Of a stretch of 64,000 bases of DNA, positions 45,946 to 59,839 are shown in pieces. The stretch lies in NCBI GenBank assembly GCA_030390025.1, contig JASTWF010000121.1:682001-746000 (forward strand). Reading direction: 5' to 3'. The notes under the pieces were generated by a model. That model was not told where the DNA came from, searched no databases, and was given only the letters and a program-made list of their open reading frames with translations. The DNA comes from Squalus acanthias (lineage: Eukaryota). The position numbers were made by a program, and so were the translations under genes. Every line of letters begins with the position of its first letter. Within the stretch, counting starts at the first letter, position 1.

Positions 45946-48870
45946 AGAAACATAGAAACATAAAAAAATAGGAGCAGGTGTAGGCCATTCGGCACTTCAA
46001 GCCTGCTCCACCATTCAATATGATCATGGCTGATCCTCCATCTCAATACAATATTCCCGCTCCCTCCCCATACCCCTTGATGTCTTTTGTGTCTAGAAAT
46101 CTATCTATCTCCTTCTTAAATATATTCAGTGACTTGGCCTCCACAGCCTTCTGTGGTAGAGAATTCCACAGGTTCACCACCCTCTGAGTGAAGAAATTTC
46201 TCCTCATCTCAGTCCTAAATGTCCTACCCTGTATCCTGAGACTGTGACCCCTCATTCTAGACCCCCAGCCAGGGGAAACATCCTCCCTGCATCCAGTCTG
46301 TCTAGCCCTGTCAGAATTTTATACATTTCAATGAGATCCCCTCTCATTCTTCTAAACTCTAATGAATACAGGCCTAGTCGACCCAATCTCTCTTCATACG
46401 ACAGTCCTGCCATCCCAGGAATCAGTCTGGTGAACCTTCGCTGCACTCCCTCTATGGCAAGTATATCCTTTCTTAGGTAAGGAGACCAAAACTGCACACA
46501 GTACTCCAGGTGTGGTCTCACCAAGGCCCTGTACAACTGTAGTAAGACATCCTTGCTCCTGTACTCAAATCCCCTTGCAATGAAAGCCAACATACCATTT
46601 GCCTTCCTAACTGCTTGCTGCAGCTGCATGTTTGCTTTCAATGACTGGTGTACAAGAACACCCAGGTCCCTCTGTACATCAACATTTCCCAATCTATCAC
46701 CATTTAAATAATACTCTGCCTTTCTGTTTTTCCTATCAAAGTGGATAATTTCACATTTATCCACGTTATACTGCATCTGCCATATATTGGCCCACTCACT
46801 CAACTTGTCTAAATCGCCTTGAAGCCTCTTTGCATCCTCCTCACAACTCACAATCCCAACTAATTTTGTGTCATCAGCAAACTTGGAAATATTACATTTG
46901 GTTCCCTCATCCAAATCATTGATATATATTGTGAATAGCTGGGGCCCAAGCACTGATCCCTGCGGTACCCCACTAGTCACCGCCTGCCACCCCGAAAAAG
47001 ACTTATTTATTCCTACTCTCTGTTTCCTTTTTCAATCCATGCCAGTGTATTACCCCCAATCCCATGTGCTTTAATTTTGCACACTAACCTCTTATGTGGG
47101 ACTTTATCAAAGGCCTTCTGAAAATCCAAATACACCACATCCACTGGTTCTCCCTTATCTATTCTACCAGTTACATCCTCAAAAAACTCCAGTAGGCTTG
47201 TCAAACATGATTTCCCTTTCATAAAGCCATGTTGACTTTGTCTAATCCCGTTGATATTTTCTAAATGTCCTGTTATCACATCTTTTATAATAGACTCCAG
47301 CATTTTCCCTACTACTGATGTTAGGCTAACCGGTCTGTAGTTCCCTGTTTTCTGTCTCCCTCCTTTTTTAAATAGTGGGGCTACATTTGCCACCCTCCAA
47401 TCTGCAGGAACTGTTCCATAATCTATAGAATTCTGGAAGATGACAACCAATGCAGCCACTGTTTCCATGGCTACCTCTTTTAGTACTCTGGGATGCAGAT
47501 TATCAGGCCCTGGGGTTTTATTGGCTTTCAGTCCCATTAATTTCTCCAGCACTATTTTTTTACGAATACTAATTTACTTTAATTAGTCCTTCTCACTAGA
47601 CCCTTGATTCCCTAGCATTTCTGGGAAGTTATTTGTGTCCTCTTCAGTGAAGACAGAACCAAAGTATTTGTTTAATTGCTCAGCCATTTCCTTGTTCCCC
47701 ATTATAAATTCTACCGTTTCTGACGGTAAGGGACCTACATTTGTCTTCAGTAATCTTTTTCTTTTTACATACTTGTAGAAGGTTTTACAATTGCTTTTAT
47801 GATCCTTGCAAGTTTACTCACTCTATTTTTCCCCTCTTAATCAATCTCTTGGCCCTTTTTTGCTGAACTCTAAACTGCTCCCAATCCTCAGGCTTGCTAC
47901 TTTTTCTGGCAACTTTACTTGACTCCTCTTTAGATCGAATACGATCCTTCATTTCTTTTGTTAGCCATGGTTGGGCCGCTTTTCCTTTTGTGTTTTTGCG
48001 CCAGAAAGGAATGTATAACTGTTGCAATTCATGCATTCATTCCTTAAATGTTAAACATTGCCTATCCACAATCATGCCTTTTAATGAAGCTCCCCAATCT
48101 ATCATAGCCAATTCACTCCTCATAACTTTGTAGTTTCCTTTGTTTAGATTTAGGACCTTAGTTCGGATTGGACTTCTTCACTTTCCATCTTAATGAATAA
48201 TTCTATCATGTTATGGTCACTCTTCCCTAAAGGACCCCGCACAACAAGATTATTAATTAACCCCTTCTCATTGCACAATACCTAATCTAGGATAGCCTGT
48301 TCCCTAGTTGGCTCCTCAACATACTGGTCTAAAAAACCCATCTCGTACACACTCCAGGAATTCATCCTCCACAGTATTATTGCTAATTTGGTTTGGCCAG
48401 TCTATATGTAGATTAAAGTCTCCCATGATTACTGTAGTACCCTTGTTACATGCATCTCTAATTTCCTGTTTGATGCCATCCCCTACATTACCACTACTGT
48501 TTGGAGGCCTATAGACAACTCCCACCAATGTTTCCTGCCCCTTGGTGCTTCTTAGCTCCACCCAGACTGATTATACATCTTTATTTTCTGAGCCAGTATC
48601 CTTTCTCACTATTGCTCTGATTTCATCCTTTACTAACAACGTCACCCCACCTCCTTTTCCTTTTTGCCTGTCTTTCCTAAATATCGATTATCCTTGGATA
48701 TTCAGCTCCCAGCCTTGGTCACCCTGCAGCCATGTCTCCGTAATCGCAATTATATCGTCTCCGTTTACATCTATTTGCGCTGTTAATTCGTTTATCTTAT
48801 TACGAATGCTTCGTGCATTCAGATACAGTGCCTTTAGATTTGTCTTTTTATCATTTTTCGACATCTGAAC
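45946..48870 (-). mobile_element. CR1 LINE ORF2 (APE + RT, frameshifted) with tail
   Basis: LYLNARSI, ITETW, DFQKAFDKVPH, FADD and tail (TTCTATGT)n. Confidence 0.93.
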
Positions 48871-49329
48871 ATTTTTTTGCACTATGGCCCTATTTGTCTT
48901 ATTACCATTTTTTCTTACTCGGACCCTATTTGTTAGTGCACTCCTTTGTTTCTCTGCAAAAGAGAAGACTAAGAGAAGACCTGATTGAGGTCTTTAAAAT
49001 TATGAAGGGGGTTTCGATAGGGTGGATGTGGAGTGACTGTTTCCACTTGTGAGTGAGTCCAGAAGGTAAGATAGTCACTAACAGATCAGATAAAGAATTT
49101 AGGAGGAATGTTTACACAGAGAGTGGTGAGAATGTTAGAATTCGCTGGCACATGGAGTGGTTGAAGCTGGTAGTATTGATTTAAGGGGAGGTGTGATGCA
49201 TCCATGAGGGAGATGGAATAGAGGGTTACTGTGGCAGGGTGGAAAGAGTCAATCAGAGTGGGAGCAGGCTTGTGTGGAGAATAAACACTGGCGCAGACCC
49301 TTGGGCCGAAGCATTTATAAGAAATACCT

Positions 49330-49770
49330 TGGCTGGGCATTTTCCTATTGTGGTGTGGCTTCTAAAAATAAATCGACCAGTTTGAGCAGAAGTGGTTGTT
49401 TGTGGCCCAGTTTTGGTGCCAATCACGTGTGTGAAGGACGGAAATCTGTTCCTGTTAGGAAGTGCCATTAAGGGAGCAGTGAAAGAGGAAGTCAGTTCTA
49501 AATTATATCACTGCAGCTTATTTTTGAATTGAACATTTTTAAAAGTGCGGCTTTGTTTGTGGGTTTGATGAGGTGTGTAGATTAACTTTAAACTGGGGAT
49601 GACACCCGCCCCTGCTGATTTTCTGATCTCTATTGGGCTGTGCATGGAGTAATTTAAGGAAGACACTGAGAGAAACAAAATCATTGCAATCAGTCTGGGA
49701 ACAAACGTCACAAATAAGAGAGAAGTACAAGAACAAATGAGCTTGAAAGACTTCCTCTTTTTTACTGTGT
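49330..49770. promoter_or_regulatory. Putative haematopoietic enhancer (PU.1/Spi, ETS, RUNX motifs)
   Basis: Unique island among repeats with GAAAGAGGAAGT (49481-49492), ACTTCCTCTTT (49750-49760), AGGAAGTG (49457-49464) and TGTGGT (49349-49354). Motif evidence only. Confidence 0.4.
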
Positions 49771-49819
49771 TTTCGCAATTTTACTGTAAAGGAAATTGTG
49801 AGATTGTAAACTGGGCAGA

Positions 49820-50385
49820 CTTAGACCGCCTTCTTCCACTTCTGTAATATCGCCCGGGTCAACCCCTGCCCATCTGCTGCTGAGACCCTCACCCATGCTT
49901 TGTTACCAACAGACACAACTATTCCAAGGCTCTTCTGGCCGGCCACACATCTTCCACACTCCATAAACTTGAACTCATCCAAAACTCTGCTGCCCGTGTC
50001 CTAACTCGTTCACCCATCACCCCCTGTGCTCGCTGGCCGACATTGGCTCCCAGACCAACCAACGCCTCAAATTTAAAATTCTCATCCTTGTGTTTAAATC
50101 CCTCCATGGCCTCACCCCTCCCCCCACCTCTGTAACCTTCGTCAGCCCTACAACCCTATGAGAACTCTGTGTTCCTCCAAATTTGGCCTCTTGTGCATCC
50201 CTCATGCTCTTCGCCCAAACATTGGCGGCCGTGCCTTCAGCCGTCTAGGCCCTAAGCTTCATCCCCCAGCCTCTTCACTTCCCCAGCTCTCTCTACTCAA
50301 GACGCTGCTTAAAACCACTCCTGTGAAGCACCTTGGGACATTTTACTACGTTAGGTGCTATATAAATGCAGGTTGTTGTTGTTAC
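49820..50385 (+). mobile_element. L2-type LINE 3' fragment
   Basis: aaacttgaactcatccaaaactctgctgcccg...tcacccatcacccc...tttaaaattctc; tail gctatataaatgcaggttgttgttg, shared with the Deu-SINE. Confidence 0.7.
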
Positions 50386-50489
50386 CTCAGTTTCCAAATT
50401 CCTGATATCGATTTCTGACAGAGAGAAACACAATTTGTAGGGAGAGATTGACAGAGACAAACACAAAGAATGGGCTGGACTTTCCTCCG

Positions 50490-53400
50490 TCAAAACTCTC
50501 CACTTGCTTGGATGGGTGCAGCTGCAACAACACTCAAAGCTCGACACCATCCCAGAGAAAGCATTCACCAGGTTATACAATGACTCCCTCCACCACCGGC
50601 GCACCGTGGCTGCAGTGTGTACTAGAGAGGGTTGATGAGGGCAATGTGGTTGACGTAGTATATATGGATTTCCAAAAGGCGTTTGATAACATGCCACATA
50701 ATAGGCTTCCCAGCAATGTTGAAGCCCATGGAAAAGAAGGGACAGTGGCAGCATGGATACGAAATTGGCTAAGTGACAGGAAACAGAGAGTAGGGCTGAG
50801 CGGTTGTTTTTCGGATTGGAGGAAGGTATAGATATAATGGTGTTCCCCCGGGGTCAGTCCTAGGAACACTGCTTTTCTTGATATATTTTAATGACTTGGA
50901 CTTGGGTGTACTGGGTACAATTTCAAAATTTGCAGGTGACACAAAACCTGGAAGTATAGTGAACTGTGAGGAGGATAGTGATAGACTTCAAGAGGACATA
51001 GACAGGCTGGTGGAATGGGTGGACACGTGGCAGATAAAATTTGCTGCCACTGTCCATTTTATTCCTTGGGCTTCAGCTTTGCTCCACCAGTACTGGGGAA
51101 AGAGGGAGCTGTTCCGTTGGGACGGGCTTCACTTGAACCGTGCTGGGACCGGTGTCCTGGCGAATCGAATAACTAGGGCTGTAGATAGGGCTTTAAACTA
51201 AATAGTGGGGGGGAGGGTTCAGGTGAGAGGAGACTTAGAAAGTTAAAGAGAAAGGACAAGGCAATAGTGCAGGGTAGTGATAGGGGTAATGATAACCAGA
51301 GTGTGACAGGAAGGGACAGAGCGTACAAGCATAAGCGTGCACCAGCAAATAGGGTCAGAGCAGGGAAAAATGGTAAAAAGAAAAAATTAAGGACTCTTTA
51401 TCTGAAAGCACGCAGCATTTGTAACAAGTTAGATGAATTGACGGCACAAATAGAAATAACTGGGTATGACCTGAGAGCCATTACAGAGACGTGGTTGCAA
51501 GGTAACCAAGGCTGGGAACTGAATATTCAGGGGTATTTGACATTTCGGAAGGATAGGCAGAAAGGAAAAGGAGGCGGGGTAGCTCTGTTAATAAAGGATG
51601 AGATCAGTACAGTCATGAGAAATGATCTTGGCTCGGAAGATCAAGATGTAGAATCAGTTTGGGTGGAGATAAGAAATAATAAGGGAAAGAAGTCACTAGT
51701 GGGAGTAGTCTATAGGCCCCCTTACAGTAGCTACACTGAAGGACAGAATATAAATCAAGAAATAATGAGGGCTCCTAAGAAAGGTACTGCAATAATCGTG
51801 GGCTATTTAATCTTCATATAGATTGGACAAATCAAATTGGCAAAGGTAGCCTTGAGGACGAGTTCATAGCGTGTATTCAGGACAGTTTTTTAGAACAATA
51901 TGTTGTGGAACAAAGCAGGGAACAGGCTATTTTAGATCTGGTAATTTGTAAGTTTTTTTTTCGCTTATGGGATGTGGGCGTCGCTGGCAAGGCCAGAATT
52001 TATTGCCCATCCCTAGTTACCCTTGAGCAGAAGGTGGTGAGCTGCCTTCTTGAACCGCTACACTCTGTGTGGTGAAGGTACTCCCACCGTGCTATTAGGG
52101 AGGGAGTTCCAGGATTTTGACCCAGCGACGATGAAGGATCGGCAATATACTTCTAAGTCAGGATGATGTGTGACTTGGAGGGAAACTTAGAGGTGGTGGT
52201 GTTCCCATGCACCTGCTGCCCTTGTCCTTCAAGGTGGAAGAGGTTTGGGAGGTGCTGCCGAAGAAGCCTTGGCGAGTTGCTGCAGTGCATCTTGTAGATG
52301 GTACACACTGCAGCCACGGTACGCCGGTGGGGGAGGGAGTGAATGTTTAAGGTGGTGGATGGGGTGCCAATCAAACGGGCTGCTTTGTCCTGGATGGTGT
52401 TGAGCTTCTGGAGTGTTGTTGGAGTTGCACTCATCCAGGCAAGTGGAGAGTATTCCATCACACTCCTTACTTGTGCTTTGTAGATGGTGGAAAGGCTTTG
52501 GGGAGTCAGGAGGCGAGACATTCGCCGCAGAAGATGGCTGGGCCTAGGACACTGCCCTGAGGAACTCCTGCAGCGATGTCCTGGGGCTGTGATGATTGAC
52601 CTTCAATCACCACAACCATCTTCCTTTGTGCTAGGTATGACTCCAGCCAGTGGAGCATTTTCCCCTGATTCCTATTGACTTCAGTTTTACTAGGGCTTCT
52701 TGATGCCACACTCGGTCAAATGCTGCCTTGATGTCAAGGGCAGTCACTCTCACCTCACCTCTGGAATTCAGCTACTTTGTCCATGTTTTGACCAAGACTG
52801 TAATGAGGTCAGGAGCCGAGTGTGTTAATTAATAATCTCATGCTAAAGGATCCTCTCGGGAAGAGTGATCATAACATGTAGAATTTCATATTCAGTTTGA
52901 GGGTGAGAAACTTGGGTCTGAAACTAGTGTCTTAAACTTAAATAAAGGCAATTACAAGGGTATGAAGACAGAGTTGGCTACAGTGGACTGGGAAAATAGA
53001 TTAAAAGGTAAGACGGTAGATAAGCAGTAGCTGACTTTTAAGGAGATATTTCATGACTTTCAACAAAGATATATTCCAGTGAGAAAGACAGATTCTATGA
53101 GAAGGATGAACCATCTGTTGTTAACTAAGCAAGCTAAGGAGGGTATCAAATTGAAAGAAAAGGCATACAATGTTGCGAAGACTAGTGGAAGGCCATAGGA
53201 TTGGCAAATTTTTAGAAACTTGCAAAGGATGACTAAAAAAAATAATAAAGAGGGACAAAATTGATTATGAGAGTAAACTAGCAAGAAATATAAAAACAAA
53301 CAGTAAGAGGTTCTACAAGTATATAAAAAGGAAGAGAGTAGCTAAAGTAAACATTGGTCCCTTAGCAGATGAGACTAGGGAATTAATAATGGAAAACAAG

Positions 53401-53995
53401 GAAATGGCAGAGACTTTGAACAAATGTTTTGTATCTGTCTTCACGGTGGAAGACACTAAAAGCATCCCATAATAGTGCAAAATCAAGGGGCAAAATGAAG
53501 GGAGGAACTTAAAACAATCACTATCTCTGGAGAACAAGTACTAGCCAAACTAATGGGTCTAAAGGCTGACATGTCCCCTGGACCTGATGGCCTGCATTCT
53601 CGGGTCTTAAAAGAAGTGGCTGCAGAGATAGTGGTTGCATTGGTTGTAATCTTCCAAGATTCCCCAGACTCCGGAAAGGTCCCAGCAGATTGGAAAACCA
53701 CAAATGTAATGCCCCTATTCAAGAAAGGAGGTAGACAGAAAGCAGGAAACTATAGGCCAGTTAGCCTAACATCTGTCATTGGGAAAATGCTGGAATCCAT
53801 TATTAAGGAAGTAGTAGCAGGGCATTTAGAAAAACATAATACAATCAAACAGAGTCAACATGGTTTTATGAAAGGGAAATTGTGTTTGACAAATCTATTA
53901 GAGTTATTTGAGGAGGTAATGAGCAGGGTAGATGAAGGGGAACCAGTAGATGTAGTGTATTTGGATGTCCAAAAGACATTCGATAATGTGCCACA
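50490..53995 (+). mobile_element. Cluster of plus-strand CR1 fragments, with a minus-strand Zenon-like 3' fragment at ~51955-52820
   Basis: ORF1 end DGLHLN, APE ITETW, and RT to DVQKTFD. The insert encodes LTPQSLSTIYKAQVRSVMEYSPLAW. Confidence 0.85.
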
Positions 53996-54780
53996 TCATA
54001 GAATCATAGGAAGTTTCAGCACGGAAGGAGGCCATTTCAGCCCATCGTGTCCGCGCTGGCCAACAAAGTGCTATCCAGCCTAATCCCACTTCCCAGCTCT
54101 TGGTCCGTAGCCCTGCAGGTTAGAGCATCCCAAGTGTACATCCAAGTACATTTTAAATGTGGTTAGGGTTCTTGCCTCTACCACCCTACCCACAGGCAGT
54201 GAGTTCCAGACCCCACAACCCTCTGGGTGAAGAAATTTCCCCTCAAATCCCCTCTAAACATTCCCCCAATTATATTAAATCTGTGTCCCCTGGTTTTTGA
54301 CCCCTCTGCTAAGGAAAATAGGTTCTTTCTATCCACTTTATCTATGCCCCTCATAATTTTATACACTTCAATAAGGTCTCCCCTCAGCCTCCTCTTTTCC
54401 AAGGAAAACAGACCCAGCCTATCCAATCTTTCCTCATAGCTAAGATTCTCTACTCCTGGCAACATCCTTGTAAATCTCCTCTGTACCCTCTCTCAAGTGC
54501 AATCACATCTTTCCTGTAATGTGGTGACCAGAACTGCACGCTGTACACTAGCTGAGGCCTAACTAGTGTTTTATACAGTTGAAGCATAATCCTCCATGGG
54601 CTTTTAACTTCATGACCAGTCTGCCATGTGGAACGTTATCAATAGCCTTGCTAGAGTCCATATACAGTACATCAAACGCACTACCCTCATCTACCCTCGT
54701 TGTTACCTTCTCAAAAAATTCAATCAAGTTTGTCAGACACGACCTTCTCTTAACAAGCTGACTATCCTTGATTAAACCGT
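53996..54780 (-). mobile_element. CR1 3' and RT fragments
   Basis: YEERLDRLGLFSLEKRRLRGDLIE; (TTCTATGA)n tail. Confidence 0.85.
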
Positions 54781-54782
54781 GT

Positions 54783-57700
54783 CATAGAGTCATAGAGTTA
54801 TACAGCACAGAAAGAGGCCCTTCGGCTCATCGTGTCCGCGCCGGCCATCAAGCCCTGTCTATTCTAATGCCATTTTCCAGCACTTGGTCCATAGTCTTGT
54901 ATGCTATGGTGTTTCAAGTGCTCATCTAAATGCTTCTTGAATGTTGTGAGGGTTCCTGCCTCTACCACCCTTTCAGGCAGTGAGTTCCAGATTCCAACCA
55001 CCCTCTGGGTGAAAAAGTTTTTCCTCAAATCCCCTCTAAACCTCCTGCCCCTTAACTTGAAACTATGCCCCATGGTTATTGACCCCTCTACTAAGGGGAA
55101 AAGTTCCTTTCTATCTACCCGATCTATGCCCCTCATAATTTTGTACACCTCAATCAGGTACCCCCTCTGCCTTCTCTGCTCTGAGGAAAACAACCCCAGC
55201 CTGTCCAGTCTCTCTTCATAGCAGAAGTGCTCCAGCCCAGGTAACATCCTGGTGAATCTCCTCCGCACCGTCTCTAATGCAATCACATCCTTCCTATAGT
55301 ATGGTGACCAGAACTGCACACAGTATTCCAGCTGTGGCCTAACTAGCGTTTTGGACAGCTCCATCATAACCTCCCTGCTCTTATATTCTATGCCTCGGCT
55401 AATGAAGGCAAGTATCCCATATGCCTTCTTAACCACCTTATCTACCTGTCCTGCTGCCTTCAGGGATCTATGTACATGCACACCAAGGTCCCTCTGATCC
55501 TCTGTCCTTACTAGGGTCCTACCATTCATTGTGTATTCCCTTGCCTTGTTAGTCCTCCGAAAATGTATCACCTCACAATTTTCAGGGTTAAATTCCATTT
55601 GCCAATGTTCTGCCCATCTGACTAACCCGTCTATATCGTCCTGTAGCCTGAGGCTTCCCTCCTCGCTATTTACCACTCCATCAATTTTCGTGTCATCTGC
55701 GAACATACTGATCATACCTCCTACATTCATATCTAAATCATGAAAGTACACTACAAACAGCAAGGGGCGCAGCACCGATCCCTGCGGTACCCCACTGGAC
55801 ACAGGCTTCCAGTCACAAAAACAACCTTCGACCATCATCCTCTGCTTCCTGCCACTACGCCAATTTTGGATCCAATGTGCCAAATTGCCCTGGATCCCAT
55901 GGACTCTTACCTTCTTGACCAGTCTCCCCTGCGCGACTTTGTCAAAAGCCTTACTGAAGTCCATGTAGACGACATCAACTGCACTACCCTCATCCACAAA
56001 CCTAGTCAGCCCCTCGAAAAATTCAATCAAATTGGTTAGACATGATGTCCCCCTGACAAAGCCATGCTGACTATCCTTGATTAATCCCTGCCTCTCCAAG
56101 TGGAGACTAATTCTATCCCTCAGAATTTTTTCCAATAATTTCCTTACCACTGTTGTTAGGCTCACTGGCCTATAATTCCCTGGTTTATCCCTACTACCCT
56201 TCTTGAATAATGTTACTACGTTAGCTGTCCTCCAGTCCTCTGGCACCTCCCCTGTGGCCAGAGAGGTTCTCAAAATTTGTGTCAGAGCCCCTGCAATCTC
56301 CTCCCTTGCCTCACACAGCAGCCTGGGATACATCTTGTCTGGGCCTGGGGTTTTATCCACTTTTAAGCCCGCTAAAAGAGCTAGGGGTAGAAATTAGGTC
56401 GCGCCCCATTTGGGGCGCAAATATCGTCTGGACGCAAATATTAGCGCCTGGCGCTAATTATCGGCACTGACAGGAAACTTCACTTTTACCGCCCCGGGAG
56501 GTGAGTGGAGCGCTAAAGCAGGCGCTGCACACCTGTCTTAAGGCGCAAAGGCCAAGGAGTGAGGCGCTAACTCAGAGCGCTGGCGAAGCTCATGTAATGT
56601 CAGTCAGCAATGAAACACACACACAATGGCACGGGCCAGTTCTTAAAGGGGATGGTTAATCTTGCTTTCCATCCACATCCTGTTCATTGCAGCCTTGAAT
56701 CTCGGCCTGGAGAGACTTGCACATCAAATGTGCTGGAAAGAACAATGGAGAGTACCAGGCAAAGAGCTCAGAGTGCAGCTCCCACAGTCTCTGCTAAATC
56801 GATACAAGGAATGGCAAATCAAAATGAACCTGCAAAGTGCTGCTCAGTACCCAAAACTCCTTCACACAACGTTGAATCTCTCCAGAAGTCTCTCCCTCTC
56901 TCTCTCAGAATGCGTAGTTCAAAAATGCCACCAACAATAAAAGCCAGGAAGAGGCCCCCTTTAAATAGCGCCCCCCCCCCCCCCCCCAGCCCCACAGCGA
57001 TTGATAGCATTCCAGTCTTCTGGTCGTTGGATGCGCCAGGCGGTAAGGCAGGGGGCACCACTCAATTTCCGCTCCGGGGCGCCACAAGGGCGTTGCACCA
57101 TGGAATGACGTCACAATCTGCGCGCGCAGGTGGTCGCAGCGGTAAGTTTTAGCGCCGCCGCACAATCTCAATTTAAGTTCTCGAGCGGCGCAAACATCGC
57201 TGCGCATGGGCGTTAGCGGCTTTGCGCCCCATTAGCACCCTCTTAAGGCGCTAACGGGAGGCGCAACCAAGTGAATTTTTACCCCCTAGTATCTCCTCCC
57301 TCTCAATGCTAATTTGTTCAAGTACATCACAATCCCCCTGCCTGATTTCTATACCTACATTGTCCTTCTCCATATCGAACACAGATGCAAAATATTCAGT
57401 TCAAACCTCACCTACATCTTCCGGCTCAACACACATGTTGCCACTTTGGTCCCTAATGGGCCCTACCCTTTCCCTGGTTATCCTCTTGCCCTTAATATAA
57501 TTTTTAAAACACCTTGGGATTTTCCTTTATTTTGCCCACCAGTGTTTTTTCATGCCCCCGCTTCACTCTCCTAATTTCTTTTTTAACTACCCCCCTGCAC
57601 GTTCTATACTCCTCTAGGGCTGCCATTGTTTTTAGTCCTTTGTAACTGCCAAAAGCCTCCCTTTTTTGCCTAATCCATTCTTGTATATCCCTTGACATCC

Positions 57701-58950
57701 AGGGATTCCTGGACTTGATGGTCCCACCCTTGACCTTTACGGGAACATGTTGGCGCTGTAGTCTCTCTATTTCCTTTCTGAAAGACTCCCACTGCTCTGA
57801 TGTGGATTTGCCAACAAGTAGCTGATCCCAGTCCACTTTGGCCAGATCCTGCTTTATCATATTAAAATCAGCCTTCCCCCAATTTAGAACCTTTCGTTCC
57901 GGTCCATCTTTGTCCTTTTCCATGACTACCTTAAATCTCACCGAATTATGGTCACTGACACCAAAATGCTCTCCTACTGACACTTCCACCACTTGCCCGG
58001 TTACATTCCCTAGAATTAGATCCAGTACCACCCCCTCTCTTGTAGGACTTTCTACATGCTGGCTCAAAATGCTCTCCTGGATGTACCTTAAGAATTCCGC
58101 ACCCTCTAAGCCTTTCACACTCTGACTATCCCAGTTAATATTGGGGAATTTGAAATCCCCTACTATTATTACCCTATTATTTCTACACTTCCCTGAGATT
58201 TGCCTACATATCTGTTCTTCTATCTCCCCCTGACTGTTTGGGGGCCTATAGTACACTCCCAGAAAAGTGCTTGCCCCCTTTTTGTTTTTAAGTTCTACCC
58301 ATATGGCTTCATTAGAGGAACCTGCTAAGATATCATCCCTCCTTACCGCAGTAATTGGCTCCTTGATTAATATTGAGACACCCTCTCCTCTTTTACACCC
58401 CCCTCTGTCTCACCTGAAGATTCTATACCCCGGTATATTGAGCTGCCAGTCCTGCCCCTCCCTCTACCATGTCTTTGTGATAGCAACAATATCATACTCC
58501 CATGTGTTCATCAACACCTTCAATTCATCTGCCTTACTCGTAAGACTCATTGCATTAAAATAAATGCCATCCAGCCTTGCCATACTCCCTTGTACCGTTA
58601 CATATTTGCTCTGCCTTCCAGACTGACTTGTTTTTTCCTCTATATTTGGCTGTGCATCACCCCCTGCTATAACTCCACTCCGTATCCCATCCCTCTGCCA
58701 AGTTGGTTTAACCCCACCCCCAACAGCACTAGCAAACCTCCCCGCAAGGATGTTGGTCCCGTTCCAGTTCAGGTGCAACCCGTCCGACTTGTACAGGTCC
58801 CAGTGATCCAGGAAACTAAAGCCCTCCCTCCTGCACCAACTCTTTAGCCAAGCATTCATCTGCTCTATTCTCCTATGCCTATACTCACTAGCACGTGGCA
58901 CCGGGAGTTATCCAGAGAATACAACCTTTGAGGTCCTGCTTTTTAATCTG
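54783..58950 (-). mobile_element. CR1 LINE of the same subfamily as 1-3740, split by MITE family A
   Basis: 498-aa RT ORF (54864-56360) nearly colinear with the 1220-2815 ORF; APE and ORF1 esterase end upstream; (ACTCTATG)n tail. Confidence 0.94.
56384..57285. mobile_element. Non-autonomous DNA transposon family A copy 2
   Basis: TIRs ggggtagaaatt / aatttttacccc with exact 3-bp TSD cta. Confidence 0.9.
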
Positions 58951-58954
58951 CAAC

Positions 58955-59560
58955 CTAGTATCTTTCTAAATGAAGATTTATCCTGTCCTTCAGAATTCTT
59001 TCCAATAATTTTCCCACCACCGAGGTTAGGCTGACTGGCCTGTAATTACTCGGTCTATCCGTTTCTCCCTTTTTAAACAAGGGTACAACATTAGCAGTCC
59101 TCCAGTCCTCCGGCACCACAACTGAAGCCAGAGATGTTTGAAAAATGATGGTCAGGGCCTCTGCTATTTCCTCTTTTGCTTTGCTTAACAGCCTGGGATA
59201 CATTTAACCCGGGCCTGGGGATTTATCCACTTTTAAAGCTGCTAAACCCCTTAATACTTCATCTCTCACTATGTTTATTTCATCTAATATTTCAAACGCC
59301 TCCCCCCTGATAGCAATGTCTGCTTCGCCCCTCTCCTCTGTGAAAACAGACACAAAGTATTCATTAAGTCCCCTACCGACGTCTCCCGCCTCCACACACA
59401 CATTACCCTCATGATCTCTAATAGGCCCGACCCTTTCTTTAGTTATCCTCTTACTCTTAATATAAAACATCTTTGGGTTTTCCGTGATTTTACTTGCCAA
59501 GAATTTTTCATGCTCTCTCTTTGCTTTCCGAATATCCTTTTTAATTGCACCCCTGCACTT
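58955..59560 (-). mobile_element. CR1 ORF2 fragment
   Basis: KSPGP, PEDWRTANVVPLFKKG, NYRPVSL. Confidence 0.85.
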
Positions 59561-59839
59561 TCTGTACTACATAAAAGGTTACTGCACAAGATAAGAGCTC
59601 ATGGTGTTGGGGCTACTATATTAGCATGGATAGAGTATTGGCTAACTGACAGAAAACAGAGAGTTGGCATAAATGGGTCATTTTCAGGTTGGCTAACATG
59701 TGCCACAGGGATCAGTGCTGGGGCCTCAACTATATACAATCGATATTAATGACTTGGATGAAGGGACTGAGTGTACTGTAGCCAAATTTGCTGATGATAC
59801 AAAGATAGGTGGGAAAGCAAGTTGTGAGGAGGACACAAA

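Noticed and set aside
24045-57152. Duplicated ORF MEHTHNGAGQF.../MKHTHNGTGQF... as a gene pair
   Set aside because: Both lie inside the two copies of the TIR/TSD-bounded family A element. There is no recognisable domain and the frames diverge at the 3' end.
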